From: a virus
Taxonomy: Duplodnaviria; Caudoviricetes
IMG/VR virus record: IMGVR_UViG_3300030330_003853
Coordinates: 1 to 40,414 of that record
Strand: one strand, 5' to 3'
Length of the DNA: 40,414 bases
Shown piece by piece: positions 22,422-33,536 of this stretch (positions are counted from its first letter, which is position 1; each line of letters begins with the position of its first letter). The position numbers and the translations under genes were made by a program. The notes beneath the pieces are model-generated. The model had not been told where the DNA came from. It did no database searches and worked only from the letters and a program-made list of their open reading frames with translations.

Positions 22422-24536
22422 TTAATCTGTATCTTCACTTATAATACCATTAATAGGAACGGTTGGCATACTTGATGGAACGAGTTGGGCTCCACCTAAA
22501 ATATTTAAAATCATTTCTTTCCCTAAATAATTTTCAACAAGTTCAAGACTTAAACTTCTATGTATGTTAACTATAACGTTGTTTTTAGGTTCATCAAAAT
22601 CTTGAATTTCAAAATCACTCAACCAATTAAATCCTCCTAGTGGACCAAAATTAGCAATATTCCATGGTAAACCCATATTGCTTCCTACTGTGTTAAAAAT
22701 TCCAATCCAATTACCAGGATAATTCTGGGTATCAGGTTCATTAACACCTAAAGGAATCCACCATTCAGTATTTTCATCTTCTTTAATTTTCCAATAATTT
22801 AGAAGATATTGTTCACATCTTCCAGACGAATTATCATCTTGAAAACCAACTTCTTGTGATAAGTTTTCAAGTGAACCCGCTGCACAATAAGTTGTGCTAA
22901 ATGATCCAGAAGTGTCATAAAACCACTTACTATACTGACTTGCGAAACCAGGCCACCAATATCCATTAGGACTACTAGGTATTGGATCTGGAATTATTGA
23001 AACAGGTGAATTTAAATATATCTCATAAGTCTCCCACCACGGTAGTACTGTAGAAATATCATATGCGTTTCCATCGAGATCCACTAAATCACCTTCAAAA
23101 GTTTGATTATTGTCAATATAAACACCTGGTGCCACCCATCCTTGGTGCAAACAGTGACCAGGTAAAGGTTCAATGACAAAAACAAACAAGTTCATTAATG
23201 ACGAAAAACCACCTTCTGTTGTCTCAAAATATCCACTACCATTACTAACCCCAATGTCAGTTAATGCTATCTCAACAGTAGCGCTGCTACTACTACCTGT
23301 TTCCGGAATACTAATAACACTAAGCCAATCATCATAGTTCCAACTACTAGCTGGTATATTATAATTACCACTAGTGTAAGAAAATTCAGTTTTAGCAAGT
23401 ACGTGAACTATACAATTACTGTCTTCTCCATTTGCCATGTTAAGAGTTATTTTTACGCTATTCGTATTTTCAGATTCAATTGGTTGAGCATCTCCATCTA
23501 TATCTAAATATAGTTGAGTGTCTTCTATTCCAATAGTATAATTATAATCAACCCAAGCTTTTACATATATGAAGTTATTACCGCTTGTTGATTGAGTTTG
23601 TTCATATAGAGATACGGTTGTAGAATCTTCTAAGGTAACATCAGTATCGTATCCTACAGTAGATAGATCATCAGCAATTGGTTTATATTGACCACTATTT
23701 TGAAATCCCGTGGTAGATGAGTATTCGTAATTAGGGTGCCAACTTTCAAACTCTATTCTATATGTATTACCAGTTGATTGTTGTAGTATAAAAAAATGTA
23801 TTTCTTGTCCATAAGTAAAACCAAAACCAGGGTTTGCATCCGGAACTATGGAAGGAACAATAGGGCTTTGACTCATATCTCCAAAAATCTGCATCCAATT
23901 AGAAGTTTGATTTAAAGTAGTACTAGTAAATTGCTCGATACCTGCACATATATAATTTCCATCTTGTTCATAAAATGCACCAAATACGTCTCCAGCTTGC
24001 ACTAGTGTTCCCCCAAGTAATACATTGCTAAGACCTCCATTAGAGTTTGGAAATTGACTACTTGGCAAAGCACTTCCAAGCTGAATACTAGCAGATACCA
24101 TTGATGCTGCTTGCGAATTAAAAGTACCATTATTTAAGTCACTTTCTGTGTACCCAGAGGTTGGCCACAAAACTTCAGTACTAGTAGTAATACTACTATC
24201 GCGCATTTGCACCTTGTTTATATTAGGCATTACAAAATCACCTTCACCAATAGTAACAGTTGATGTTGTTCCGTCAGGTGCAGTGTATGTTGTTTGCTCA
24301 CCATTACTCCACTCTCTTACTTCAACTCCATTGGTATCTGTAAAAATATAGGTTGGTGAACATCCTTTTATATTAAAGTTAGAAGCGGTGACAGTATATC
24401 CTTCATTTGCATTTATAGTCATTCCTAGTGGAATTTCACCATTATCCGGACCAGGAACAAAATCAAGGTCTTGGTCTCCCCAGATTTCTCCAGAGTTAAC
24501 TTCTCTTGGTGTTGGATTGACAGTATAATTAACCAT
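22422..24536 (-). CDS. Acidic tail-associated protein, paralog of 24538..26745
   Basis: 704 aa; shares N-terminal VNY.V.PT...SG..WG.QD.D, GQE.HFFI and QLYLDIDGDAQP with its neighbour. Confidence 0.65.
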   Translation of the reverse strand: MVNYTVNPTPREVNSGEIWGDQDLDFVPGPDNGEIPLGMTINANEGYTVTASNFNIKGCSPTYIFTDTNGVEVREWSNGEQTTYTAPDGTTSTVTIGEGDFVMPNINKVQMRDSSITTSTEVLWPTSGYTESDLNNGTFNSQAASMVSASIQLGSALPSSQFPNSNGGLSNVLLGGTLVQAGDVFGAFYEQDGNYICAGIEQFTSTTLNQTSNWMQIFGDMSQSPIVPSIVPDANPGFGFTYGQEIHFFILQQSTGNTYRIEFESWHPNYEYSSTTGFQNSGQYKPIADDLSTVGYDTDVTLEDSTTVSLYEQTQSTSGNNFIYVKAWVDYNYTIGIEDTQLYLDIDGDAQPIESENTNSVKITLNMANGEDSNCIVHVLAKTEFSYTSGNYNIPASSWNYDDWLSVISIPETGSSSSATVEIALTDIGVSNGSGYFETTEGGFSSLMNLFVFVIEPLPGHCLHQGWVAPGVYIDNNQTFEGDLVDLDGNAYDISTVLPWWETYEIYLNSPVSIIPDPIPSSPNGYWWPGFASQYSKWFYDTSGSFSTTYCAAGSLENLSQEVGFQDDNSSGRCEQYLLNYWKIKEDENTEWWIPLGVNEPDTQNYPGNWIGIFNTVGSNMGLPWNIANFGPLGGFNWLSDFEIQDFDEPKNNVIVNIHRSLSLELVENYLGKEMILNILGGAQLVPSSMPTVPINGIISEDTD

Positions 24537-24537
24537 A

Positions 24538-26745
24538 TTATTTTATTTCTTCGGTTAAAATTAAATTCATATTAGTACTAGGCATACTACCACTTGGTAT
24601 TTCCATAGCTGAACCTTCAATTTCAAATATGAAATTTTTAGGCATGTTTGTTCCAGTTTGAAGATTATTTATTGGTGAATATTTATCAAACCCATGTAAT
24701 TCTACCATAACCATGTTGTTGGTCCAATCTTGTGGATTTAAAAAACCATTGTTATTGGGTGGATAACTTTCATTAAATGACCACGGTAAAGCATACCACA
24801 TCATATTTGTCCATATACCATCAAATTCAAAACCACCATTACCACTTCCAGGTCCAATATTAGTACCCATTATCTCTGCCCAATCTCCACGTGTTTTTGT
24901 GTCAAATATCCTAACTTGTGCTCCAAAAGAAACCTTATTTCCAATTGACATGGTTCCCCAACTTGTAAGCGAAGGGTTTCCGGTAGAACCGTTAGTTTCG
25001 TCAGTGAGATTAGATTCAGTTATATTATCTCCATCCTCAACTAAAACAATTGGATTAATTACAAAAGTTGCAAAAGGTTCATTATCACAATCTAATGATT
25101 CACAAGCTAAATCTTGATATATATCATATAGATTAACGTAATAAATAAATCTATCAACATCTTGATTAGACAGATGACTAGACTGTGCTGCGGAATTATT
25201 GTGTCCAAAGTGTGCATATACGTTTCCAGTAGTATCTATTCTGGGAGGAGATTCACCTTCTGACCAACCATTTGGCCCACCAAAACTATAAGTATTAGTA
25301 GTGTAATCACCACTAGTTTTTATCCAAAAATTTTCTCTACAAACACTATAGCCACTGTTAGCTTGAATAAACCAAGAACCAAAAAAATTACAATTCAATG
25401 GCCAATTAGTATCAAAGATTGGAGACATTGTGAAATTAGGATTTTTAGTAAAAATTATTTTCGCTGAATAGTCATCTACATTTACAGCTTCTGCATACCA
25501 ACTTGGAAAAGGATTTCCTGCGGTTGTTCCAGCTTGGGTATCAAATGAATTAAGTGTTGCACCGAATCCTTGTGTTGAGTCTAGATCATATTCCGCGTTA
25601 ATAAACAACTTAGCGTTACTATTTGCTCCTTCTTTTAGTTTTACCGTAACAATAAATTGATCTTCTAATTGTTCAGGTGTATTATCGTTTGGTTGAGCGT
25701 CACCATCAATATCTAAATATAATTGTATGTCATTACTACCAATTATATCATAAGTTGAATTAAGCCAAGCTTCAACTTTTACAGAAGATTCAGTAGGACT
25801 ACCAAAATACCCACCTGGTGCATTTTCATCTTGATATAGAGTGATTGAATTAACTCCAATTGGAATCATGTATCCCATCCATGAGGCAGTAGGCATGCTA
25901 CATGCTGCTAATCCAGTATAAGAGGAACCAAACGAGCTGGGAGGTTGAAAACCGTCTTCATTTGGATCAACTTGATATTGATATGTGTATGAATTATCAA
26001 ACTCAAATTCCACCTTATATGTTTTTCGAATACTACCATCAAGAGTATTTCTAAAAATAAAAAAATGCATTTCTTGACCTATATCAAAACCCCTTTCAGT
26101 TGGAGATGTTTTTTGGTAAACTTTCCAATTCCCTGTGCTACCCGCTATATTTCTTCCACCAGCGAAAATATATTCTCCATTTTCTAAATAAAAACAACCA
26201 ATATCTGCATTACCAGTTTCAAGATTAGTATTATCATCTGGATATATTATATCAGTAGGTGTAAAATTAGATGTAATAAGCGTGAAAAATTGTGGATACG
26301 CGAATACTATCTCGAGAGGAGAGTTTATGGGAAAATCACCAAGTGCTCCCGCAAGTTCGCTACACCAAACACCATTACCAGTAAGAAGTGGACTTGGCCA
26401 AATAGAATTAGTTGCACCTGTATTAGATATTATTACTTTATTTACATCACTTGTAAATTCACCACCCAATTGTATATTTGTAACTTCATTACCATCGGCA
26501 TCTGTAGTAGTCAAACCTTGCTCCCATATTCTTTCTCCATTAATACCAGTAGATGTTGGTTCATATCCTTTTATAGTAAAATAACTAGCATCAATATTGT
26601 AACCATCATTAGGATACATTTCCATGGTTAACGGAAGAAGTCCATCATCGCTAATAGAATCATAGTCTATATCTTGTTCTCCCCAGGTTTGTCCAGATTG
26701 TACACTATAGGTAGTTGGAGTTACGTAGTAATTTACATTAGCCAT
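24538..26745 (-). CDS. Acidic tail-associated protein, paralog of 22422..24536
   Basis: 735 aa; same shared motifs; directly downstream of the muzzle-like gene. Confidence 0.65.
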   Translation of the reverse strand: MANVNYYVTPTTYSVQSGQTWGEQDIDYDSISDDGLLPLTMEMYPNDGYNIDASYFTIKGYEPTSTGINGERIWEQGLTTTDADGNEVTNIQLGGEFTSDVNKVIISNTGATNSIWPSPLLTGNGVWCSELAGALGDFPINSPLEIVFAYPQFFTLITSNFTPTDIIYPDDNTNLETGNADIGCFYLENGEYIFAGGRNIAGSTGNWKVYQKTSPTERGFDIGQEMHFFIFRNTLDGSIRKTYKVEFEFDNSYTYQYQVDPNEDGFQPPSSFGSSYTGLAACSMPTASWMGYMIPIGVNSITLYQDENAPGGYFGSPTESSVKVEAWLNSTYDIIGSNDIQLYLDIDGDAQPNDNTPEQLEDQFIVTVKLKEGANSNAKLFINAEYDLDSTQGFGATLNSFDTQAGTTAGNPFPSWYAEAVNVDDYSAKIIFTKNPNFTMSPIFDTNWPLNCNFFGSWFIQANSGYSVCRENFWIKTSGDYTTNTYSFGGPNGWSEGESPPRIDTTGNVYAHFGHNNSAAQSSHLSNQDVDRFIYYVNLYDIYQDLACESLDCDNEPFATFVINPIVLVEDGDNITESNLTDETNGSTGNPSLTSWGTMSIGNKVSFGAQVRIFDTKTRGDWAEIMGTNIGPGSGNGGFEFDGIWTNMMWYALPWSFNESYPPNNNGFLNPQDWTNNMVMVELHGFDKYSPINNLQTGTNMPKNFIFEIEGSAMEIPSGSMPSTNMNLILTEEIK

Positions 26746-26755
26746 AATTCAACTA

Positions 26756-29700
26756 TTAAGGATTATTAGGATCATCTGAATCTGGAGCATACGGGTTGCT
26801 AGTATCATCTATCATATCACTTGTTATATTGATATTGATTTTTTCAGATATAACAGGAGTTTCTGCCGCTATTATATTACCCAATCCTTGAACACTAAAT
26901 TCATTTAAATAATTACGATCTTGATCATTTATATCTGTTCTAGTATCTCCAACTATTCTGTTAAACCATTTACCTTCTTTTTCTATAAACTCAGGTACAA
27001 TACCAGTATAAGATAAATCTGTTTTTATATTACTAACATACCAACCGTCTTTATCTTTCAGATTATAATACCCTTGATCACCAATATTAATAAACGACGC
27101 TCCGCTTGGATCTGTTTGCGTAGTACTAGTTGTTGTAAATTTATTTACTTTAGCTTGAGAACCTTCATAATTTAAAGATTTAAAAGACTTAACCGATGAC
27201 GGCATGTCGTTGAATAAGACCACAAAACTAGATGGTTCAAAAAAGTTGTCAACAAAAGGAACATCAGAACAATCACCTGTTTCAGAATCTTCACATTGAA
27301 TACTAGCGTCTGTTGCGTAGAAAACATTTCTATTTATAACGTCGCCAAAGTTTACAGCTGTAGAATCTGATTTAGTTATATCGACATTATGCTCCCAAAT
27401 TCCTTTCTTCTCGTTACCGGTATTACCAGTTGTTCCTATATTTTCTGATATAGCAGTTAGATATTTACCACCAACTGAAACGCCCGCTTGAGGAATAAAT
27501 GATTTAAAACTAACCCAACCTTTTGATGATTCATTAAATGATATCGTTGTATCTGTATATGAGGTTTCTGTAGATTTGTAATTCAACGTGAGATTATATT
27601 CTCCATTAACAACATCATATGTTCCCAAGAGATTATCTGTTTTCTTTAAATTATCTCTAAACCAAGTTTTCATATTAACATTTGATATAGGTGTTAATCC
27701 ATCTCTAGACAATCTTAAAGCCGCTCCTCTCTGCATATCAGTGAAATACAATCTATATTGATCCCACGCTAATGATTCTGGATTGTTAGATATACCGTAA
27801 TCACCAACAAACGGGACAGCTGTACCAAGTACTTTATTTGATGCCATTAATTGTGGATTACCATCAGCATTAAATAATGCGTCTTTATTTGTTGTTACTT
27901 TTAAAACTTTATCTTCAGTTAAAACAACTATATCAGTATCCCTTGTTTTTAATCTCTGTATTGAACCATAAGAAGGATTAATGTCTTTAGTTATTTTCTC
28001 TGACATGTTGAATTCGTTCAAATCATTAACTCCAGACATTGAATTATATATTCCAGAATATATCATTCCACTACCTCTTCGTTCTTTACCATAATCTAAG
28101 AATGTTGTAGATACTTTAACGCCGTTATCTATTTGCGGTGCATTGTAATCATCTCTTATTCTATCTGATTCAACACCATTACCAAATGACCAACAATTAT
28201 GCCAAGCAAGTTCAATTGGAAATTTCCAAACATTTGAATCTAGTTTATAGTAACCCGTAACAGTACTTGATTCAATAAACAATGTTTCAGTTAAATTATT
28301 AGGTGTTGCAGGGTTTCCATTTTCATCAACCGGCGTAACAAATCCAACGACCTTAGACATTGTTTGCGTTCCATCAGGGTGGTGGAAGACAATATAAGAG
28401 TTATCTGTCAACTCATAAGTGTTTGAGTTTATTGTTGCAGTACCAGTACCTATGTCTACGGTTTGTAATATATTTTCCCCAAATGTAGGAGATGTAGATA
28501 ACACATCTTTAGCTTTTATACCTACAATAGAGTGAGTTTGTGTGTAGCCTATATGATCAACATAATGATCTTCGTTTGTTAACGGAATATTTAAATATCC
28601 TGAATTAGCGGTGTCATAAACTTTTGCTGTTATTCTAGAACCATAAGGAGCAAAGTTAGATGTGTTTTCACTGTTCAATCTAACTGGTATAGCATTTGAT
28701 GCTTCATAGTAGATATCTAATTCAGCACCTTCTTTTGGCTCTGTTTCCCAAATAGCGGCATCAGAAACTGGTACTACAATTTCACCGCCTCCATAATCTT
28801 TTCTTCTAAATGCTATTCTTAAAGCTTCTCTACCATCGTGACATATACTACCTCTTGGGTCCCACACGTTTGGATTAATACCTCTTGTTCCATTGTCGGT
28901 TAGTCCTAGTGGATTATCATCTGGATCAGTTTCACTTTCCTCCCATTTTCTAAATTCGACTCTAATTCCGAATCTCTGACAAAATAGTGGACTTATTCCT
29001 AGTCCATTTCCTGGTTGATCTCCATATATACTTCCGCATCTATGACAATTAGCTTGTGACATCATACACCAAGGCCAATTTTGTGTAGGTGGTATACCTG
29101 CATTTGGGTCACCATTATTACAACTACTACCTCCAGCTAATCCAGATATTTTAGGTGGAGCACCTATTTCACCATAAGTAGGACTATCAAACCAACTATA
29201 ACCTTGAGTGTTGTGATGTTTAGCTGTTTTATTTATCCACCATAGATAACCCTTTTGGCCTACTGTACCATAATTTCTACCGTGCGGATCATAGCCAGCC
29301 ATAACATAATGATCGTTTTCTGTATCACTATCACCATCATCTCCCCAATAACTATGATCTTCCCAATTACCTAAGTCATCATCTAAAACTTCGTTGTAGT
29401 TCCACATTATTAACTCATCGGCTTCAATATTGGTAGACACTATTTTATAAATATTACCATCTTCTGGGTCATTAGTAAATCTAAATAAATTACCTTTAGT
29501 AGTTAATCTCTGTCTAAGATTCCATAAGTCATCTCCTGGTTCACCCCATCCATATTCAAAAAAATTACTAGTATAATTTTCACGTGCTTCAGGCACAGAT
29601 ATTGTTATTCTACCAAACTCACCAGGAGTTTGTCCATACTCACCTTCTTTTTCTAATACTCCCATGTCTAATCCAGATGGTTTATAATGATAACCAGATA

Positions 29701-32700
29701 CTTCAGCTCCGTTACCATCTAAAGCCCCTGGTGCCCATTCCACTTCTTTAGAACCTTGACAACTACCATTTTCATCATATCCATTGTCACATATCCAATG
29801 TGGTGGTTGGGTCTCGCCATTCATGACTGTTAAAGCTGTTCTTGCACTATCTATAAAAGCAGTGGTTTCTAAATGTTTACTAGATGTTTCTTTAAACCAT
29901 CTCCAAAAATCTCTTGTTTCTCTCGCTCTATTTATAACATTAAACTCCCCTTCATTTAAATATCCTCTGTTGCTTGAACCAGACGTGTCAAAAGTATCAC
30001 TAGGGTTTCCATCTATATTTTTTGTATTACCAGCTTGATCATAATCACCGCAACCTAAAGCCAAATACTCAGAGTCATAAGAAAAACATCCTTGTAATTT
30101 AAATGCGGAATCGTCGTTGTAAGCAGTGTCGCTACCATCTATTCGATCATCTCCTTCTAAATTACTAGGAACAACAACACCATCTATACTCAAGTGACTT
30201 CCATTAGGGTTCCACCCCGTGTCAATAGCATCTGTTTTTCTATTCCAATAATGAGGTCCTTCACCACAACTAGTTCCACAATCATAATCTTTTTTCCAAA
30301 GAGTAGCTCCATCAGACATGATCAAAGAAGAAACATTATTCATTCCAACATTCTCCCCTGATTGTCCAGCAGCTGGGACACTATCAGTATCAAACCATCT
30401 ATAATTATATCTAGGCATATCACCTAAATATGTTGAAGTTGTTAGTGATGGGTTATATTGTTGATTATCTATATATGCGAGTGGATAACTTTCATAATCT
30501 ATCCAATCCTCTGTTCCTTCTTCAAATTTTAAAACTTTAGAATCTAATATGTCATCTCTTTCTATTTTAGCAAAAAATTTACCATCAAATTGAGGTTTGT
30601 TTTTGAATACCAATTCTCTAAATTCAAGTCGATATACCATACCAGTCATTATATCTTGACCAGAATCAGCAACGTGTCTAGCATACATGTTAGCTTCTTC
30701 TCCAAATGGTTTTCTCCAAGTTATTCTAGCATTACCGTTACTATCCATTGTATGGTAAGTTACAGTCTCCCATTTATTACTAACTAATAAAGCACCAGCT
30801 TGTTCAGCTGTGACTCTAACTTCTAAGTCACCATCTCTATCTGCGAATCCACCTAAAAAGTCATTCCAAGTAGTAGCTGATATTTTTATTTCTTTACCAC
30901 TCATTAGTAAATCAGGTTCAGCTTCATTTTCAACACCACTATAATCATCACTAAACATCCAGTTAAATGAATAAGAAGTTAATTCAACACTACCCATTGG
31001 TCTTGGATCAGCTTTTATAAATTCTGGTGCTTCGTTTTCTATAGCTATAACTTTGTATCTAGCTTTTTCTACAACAGGTGTGTCTTCACCGTGTTCATTT
31101 TTTAGTATTATATAAGTTTCTTCATCAAGTTTATTTCTGTCAGCTGAATTGAATGATAACCAAATATTACCATCTTCAGCAAAGTACCAACGATCAAGAA
31201 TTAAATTGTAGTATTCGTTACTTGTTTCTTTAATATAATACTTAACATAAGAAATCCAATCGTCAGGTTCTCCACCACTACCAGGCCAATCTTGTCTTAA
31301 TTGAAAACGATTACTCATATGAGCTAATCTTTTCTCAACTGTTATACTGCCATCTATATATATATCTTCTTGATTTTCAGTTGTGTGTAAATAACCTGGT
31401 GCTAAGACTGGTGTTTCTCTTCCATACTTGTCACCAAACACTAATCCAAATTTATAATCTCTAATACTTTTCACAGATTTTCTAGGACTATCTGGAGTAG
31501 GGAGGGGATTCATATCTGTTACATCACTCTTTATACTTTGGTGTATTTCTAATTCATTTGTAACTTCATACCCCTGTTCGTAATTAGCGTAAACAAGTCT
31601 ATTAGCTGCTATTTCTTGACTTAATGCTAATTTAGGAACACTATCCCATGATCTCAACAATTGAGCACCAGGTAGTGTTTTATGTATCATTTCTGAAGTA
31701 ATAACTAGTTGACCAAACACAAGGTCGTCTCCGGTGTATTCAGGAGATGAAGTGGTAAACTTTTTCCATTCATTATCTCTACCTCTAGTAACTGTTTTAA
31801 CAACATATATATTTGGAGAGTCAGTTGTTTTATATAAAATATCTACAGCTACTATATCGTTACCTTTAGTTCTTTGATGTGGTATAAAATCTTTTATAGT
31901 AAGTTCTCTAAGAGTATTTGTCATACCCAAGTTATAACCCTTTTTATGGTCATAATCAAATGGCCCAGGTAAAAATGCTAATTCAGACCAAGGACCAAAA
32001 CTAGAGTATTCGCCATCTTCATACTTGTATCTTAAACCAAATCTCCCCATTTTTAATTCAAAAAGTGGTTTTCTTTGTTGTAAAGTTATATTCCAAAAAC
32101 CATAATATTCACCTTCAGGTTGTCCATACGTAGGGGAATTTGGATCTGAATCATAAGTAACTACACCCAACGTATCGGAACCAACAGTTAGTATTGTTAA
32201 ACTTATAGTTCCATTGGCATCTATATTATTTTCATCAACTATAGCAGTAACCCATACACCATCTCCTTGTTTAAATTTTAATATATCATCTACTCTCCAA
32301 TCTGTGTCTACAAAAGGATCAGCAACGTTAACATCATCTCCATCTTCTGGTAAAATAAATGTTGAACCAACTTCAGGTCCTTCACCATTATTCATTTGAT
32401 TAAAATCATAGAAAAAATCATTGAAAAAAGTTTGACCACCTTCTCTGTCTGTTGATTTCATAACAAGAGTGGGTGCCATTAACGGGGCTTTACGTATTAC
32501 CGTGACGTGTTCTTCTTTTATATCGTTATTAATAGAAGGAGCTAAAGAGTTTTCTAAATCAGGAGTAAAATCAAATAAATTACTATTATCTAATGGATCT
32601 GCTAGTTTTAACTGAGTATGTCTAGTCCAATCTGAATCAGCTAAAGAAGAACCAGCTATAGAACCTTCTTTACATTTTTTAATGTTTATTCTCTTTGGTT

Positions 32701-33532
32701 CACTACCCACCATTTCTCCGTCTTTTATTTTAGCATCAGTCCAAAATAATAAATCATCAATAATATTTATACCTGTTATTTTTATGTCACTTCTAAAGTT
32801 TAAAACTCTATTTGGGTGTTTAAATGTAAAAAAACTAATATTTCCCCAATTTATAGCTTGTTGTTTTGTATATAATATTATTTTGTTATTAACAGTGTCT
32901 ATATCTTGTATTTCAGCTTCTAAAGGTTCAGTATCATCTTCTGGAATAAACAATTCTTCTCCATTAACATCGTAAGCTTGAACCATCATACCTATTCTAT
33001 AATCACTAAGATTACTTGAATTTATTTCAAAAGATTGAAAATTAGTACTTGCTCCTGGAGTTGATTCTGTTAAAACATTAGTAGCTATATCTATAGTACC
33101 CCAAACATCAACTACAACAGGTAGACTAGTTGGCGTGCTAGTACCTGTTCCAGTATTAACCTCAATAATTGTATCTATGAATTTTTTCTTACTAGTGATA
33201 AGACTTACATCACTAAGCATTGGTTCCCAATTGGGACTAGATATGAAAAAATAAGCCGTATTAGTTTTTTCGTTAGCTACACTAGCTATTATTCTCGACT
33301 CGTTATTATCATTTAAGTACGAAGATTCATAATAAGCATCACGTGAGTTTTCAGCGACTCTATTACCTTGTAAATTCTGAATAGCACCAGCATTACCTAT
33401 GCCAGTGTCATCACCGTCAGTTGTTCTTACTTGAATATTTAAAGCATCTCTATATTCGCCGTTTGGAACAAGTCTTTCGTCAAAATCCTTGTTCATTTTA
33501 CCGCCTGTAAAATCGTGTTTAATTTCTGGCAT
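26756..33532 (-). CDS. Tail stabilisation/muzzle protein (crAss-like; P22 gp10 analogue)
   Basis: 2258 aa; N-terminus F.GGKMNKD.DERLVPNGEYRDALNI; C-terminal part with YGSIQ, YGISNNPES, GWVSF and KEGKWF; positioned after the ring genes. Confidence 0.75.
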   Translation of the reverse strand: MPEIKHDFTGGKMNKDFDERLVPNGEYRDALNIQVRTTDGDDTGIGNAGAIQNLQGNRVAENSRDAYYESSYLNDNNESRIIASVANEKTNTAYFFISSPNWEPMLSDVSLITSKKKFIDTIIEVNTGTGTSTPTSLPVVVDVWGTIDIATNVLTESTPGASTNFQSFEINSSNLSDYRIGMMVQAYDVNGEELFIPEDDTEPLEAEIQDIDTVNNKIILYTKQQAINWGNISFFTFKHPNRVLNFRSDIKITGINIIDDLLFWTDAKIKDGEMVGSEPKRINIKKCKEGSIAGSSLADSDWTRHTQLKLADPLDNSNLFDFTPDLENSLAPSINNDIKEEHVTVIRKAPLMAPTLVMKSTDREGGQTFFNDFFYDFNQMNNGEGPEVGSTFILPEDGDDVNVADPFVDTDWRVDDILKFKQGDGVWVTAIVDENNIDANGTISLTILTVGSDTLGVVTYDSDPNSPTYGQPEGEYYGFWNITLQQRKPLFELKMGRFGLRYKYEDGEYSSFGPWSELAFLPGPFDYDHKKGYNLGMTNTLRELTIKDFIPHQRTKGNDIVAVDILYKTTDSPNIYVVKTVTRGRDNEWKKFTTSSPEYTGDDLVFGQLVITSEMIHKTLPGAQLLRSWDSVPKLALSQEIAANRLVYANYEQGYEVTNELEIHQSIKSDVTDMNPLPTPDSPRKSVKSIRDYKFGLVFGDKYGRETPVLAPGYLHTTENQEDIYIDGSITVEKRLAHMSNRFQLRQDWPGSGGEPDDWISYVKYYIKETSNEYYNLILDRWYFAEDGNIWLSFNSADRNKLDEETYIILKNEHGEDTPVVEKARYKVIAIENEAPEFIKADPRPMGSVELTSYSFNWMFSDDYSGVENEAEPDLLMSGKEIKISATTWNDFLGGFADRDGDLEVRVTAEQAGALLVSNKWETVTYHTMDSNGNARITWRKPFGEEANMYARHVADSGQDIMTGMVYRLEFRELVFKNKPQFDGKFFAKIERDDILDSKVLKFEEGTEDWIDYESYPLAYIDNQQYNPSLTTSTYLGDMPRYNYRWFDTDSVPAAGQSGENVGMNNVSSLIMSDGATLWKKDYDCGTSCGEGPHYWNRKTDAIDTGWNPNGSHLSIDGVVVPSNLEGDDRIDGSDTAYNDDSAFKLQGCFSYDSEYLALGCGDYDQAGNTKNIDGNPSDTFDTSGSSNRGYLNEGEFNVINRARETRDFWRWFKETSSKHLETTAFIDSARTALTVMNGETQPPHWICDNGYDENGSCQGSKEVEWAPGALDGNGAEVSGYHYKPSGLDMGVLEKEGEYGQTPGEFGRITISVPEARENYTSNFFEYGWGEPGDDLWNLRQRLTTKGNLFRFTNDPEDGNIYKIVSTNIEADELIMWNYNEVLDDDLGNWEDHSYWGDDGDSDTENDHYVMAGYDPHGRNYGTVGQKGYLWWINKTAKHHNTQGYSWFDSPTYGEIGAPPKISGLAGGSSCNNGDPNAGIPPTQNWPWCMMSQANCHRCGSIYGDQPGNGLGISPLFCQRFGIRVEFRKWEESETDPDDNPLGLTDNGTRGINPNVWDPRGSICHDGREALRIAFRRKDYGGGEIVVPVSDAAIWETEPKEGAELDIYYEASNAIPVRLNSENTSNFAPYGSRITAKVYDTANSGYLNIPLTNEDHYVDHIGYTQTHSIVGIKAKDVLSTSPTFGENILQTVDIGTGTATINSNTYELTDNSYIVFHHPDGTQTMSKVVGFVTPVDENGNPATPNNLTETLFIESSTVTGYYKLDSNVWKFPIELAWHNCWSFGNGVESDRIRDDYNAPQIDNGVKVSTTFLDYGKERRGSGMIYSGIYNSMSGVNDLNEFNMSEKITKDINPSYGSIQRLKTRDTDIVVLTEDKVLKVTTNKDALFNADGNPQLMASNKVLGTAVPFVGDYGISNNPESLAWDQYRLYFTDMQRGAALRLSRDGLTPISNVNMKTWFRDNLKKTDNLLGTYDVVNGEYNLTLNYKSTETSYTDTTISFNESSKGWVSFKSFIPQAGVSVGGKYLTAISENIGTTGNTGNEKKGIWEHNVDITKSDSTAVNFGDVINRNVFYATDASIQCEDSETGDCSDVPFVDNFFEPSSFVVLFNDMPSSVKSFKSLNYEGSQAKVNKFTTTSTTQTDPSGASFINIGDQGYYNLKDKDGWYVSNIKTDLSYTGIVPEFIEKEGKWFNRIVGDTRTDINDQDRNYLNEFSVQGLGNIIAAETPVISEKININITSDMIDDTSNPYAPDSDDPNNP

Positions 33533-33536
33533 AATA

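Noticed and set aside
23481-25725. Similar ~35-bp stretches at 23481 and 25690 as a DGR template/variable repeat pair
   Set aside because: Differences are synonymous and not adenine-specific, both copies are coding, and there is no reverse transcriptase in the window; explained by paralogy.
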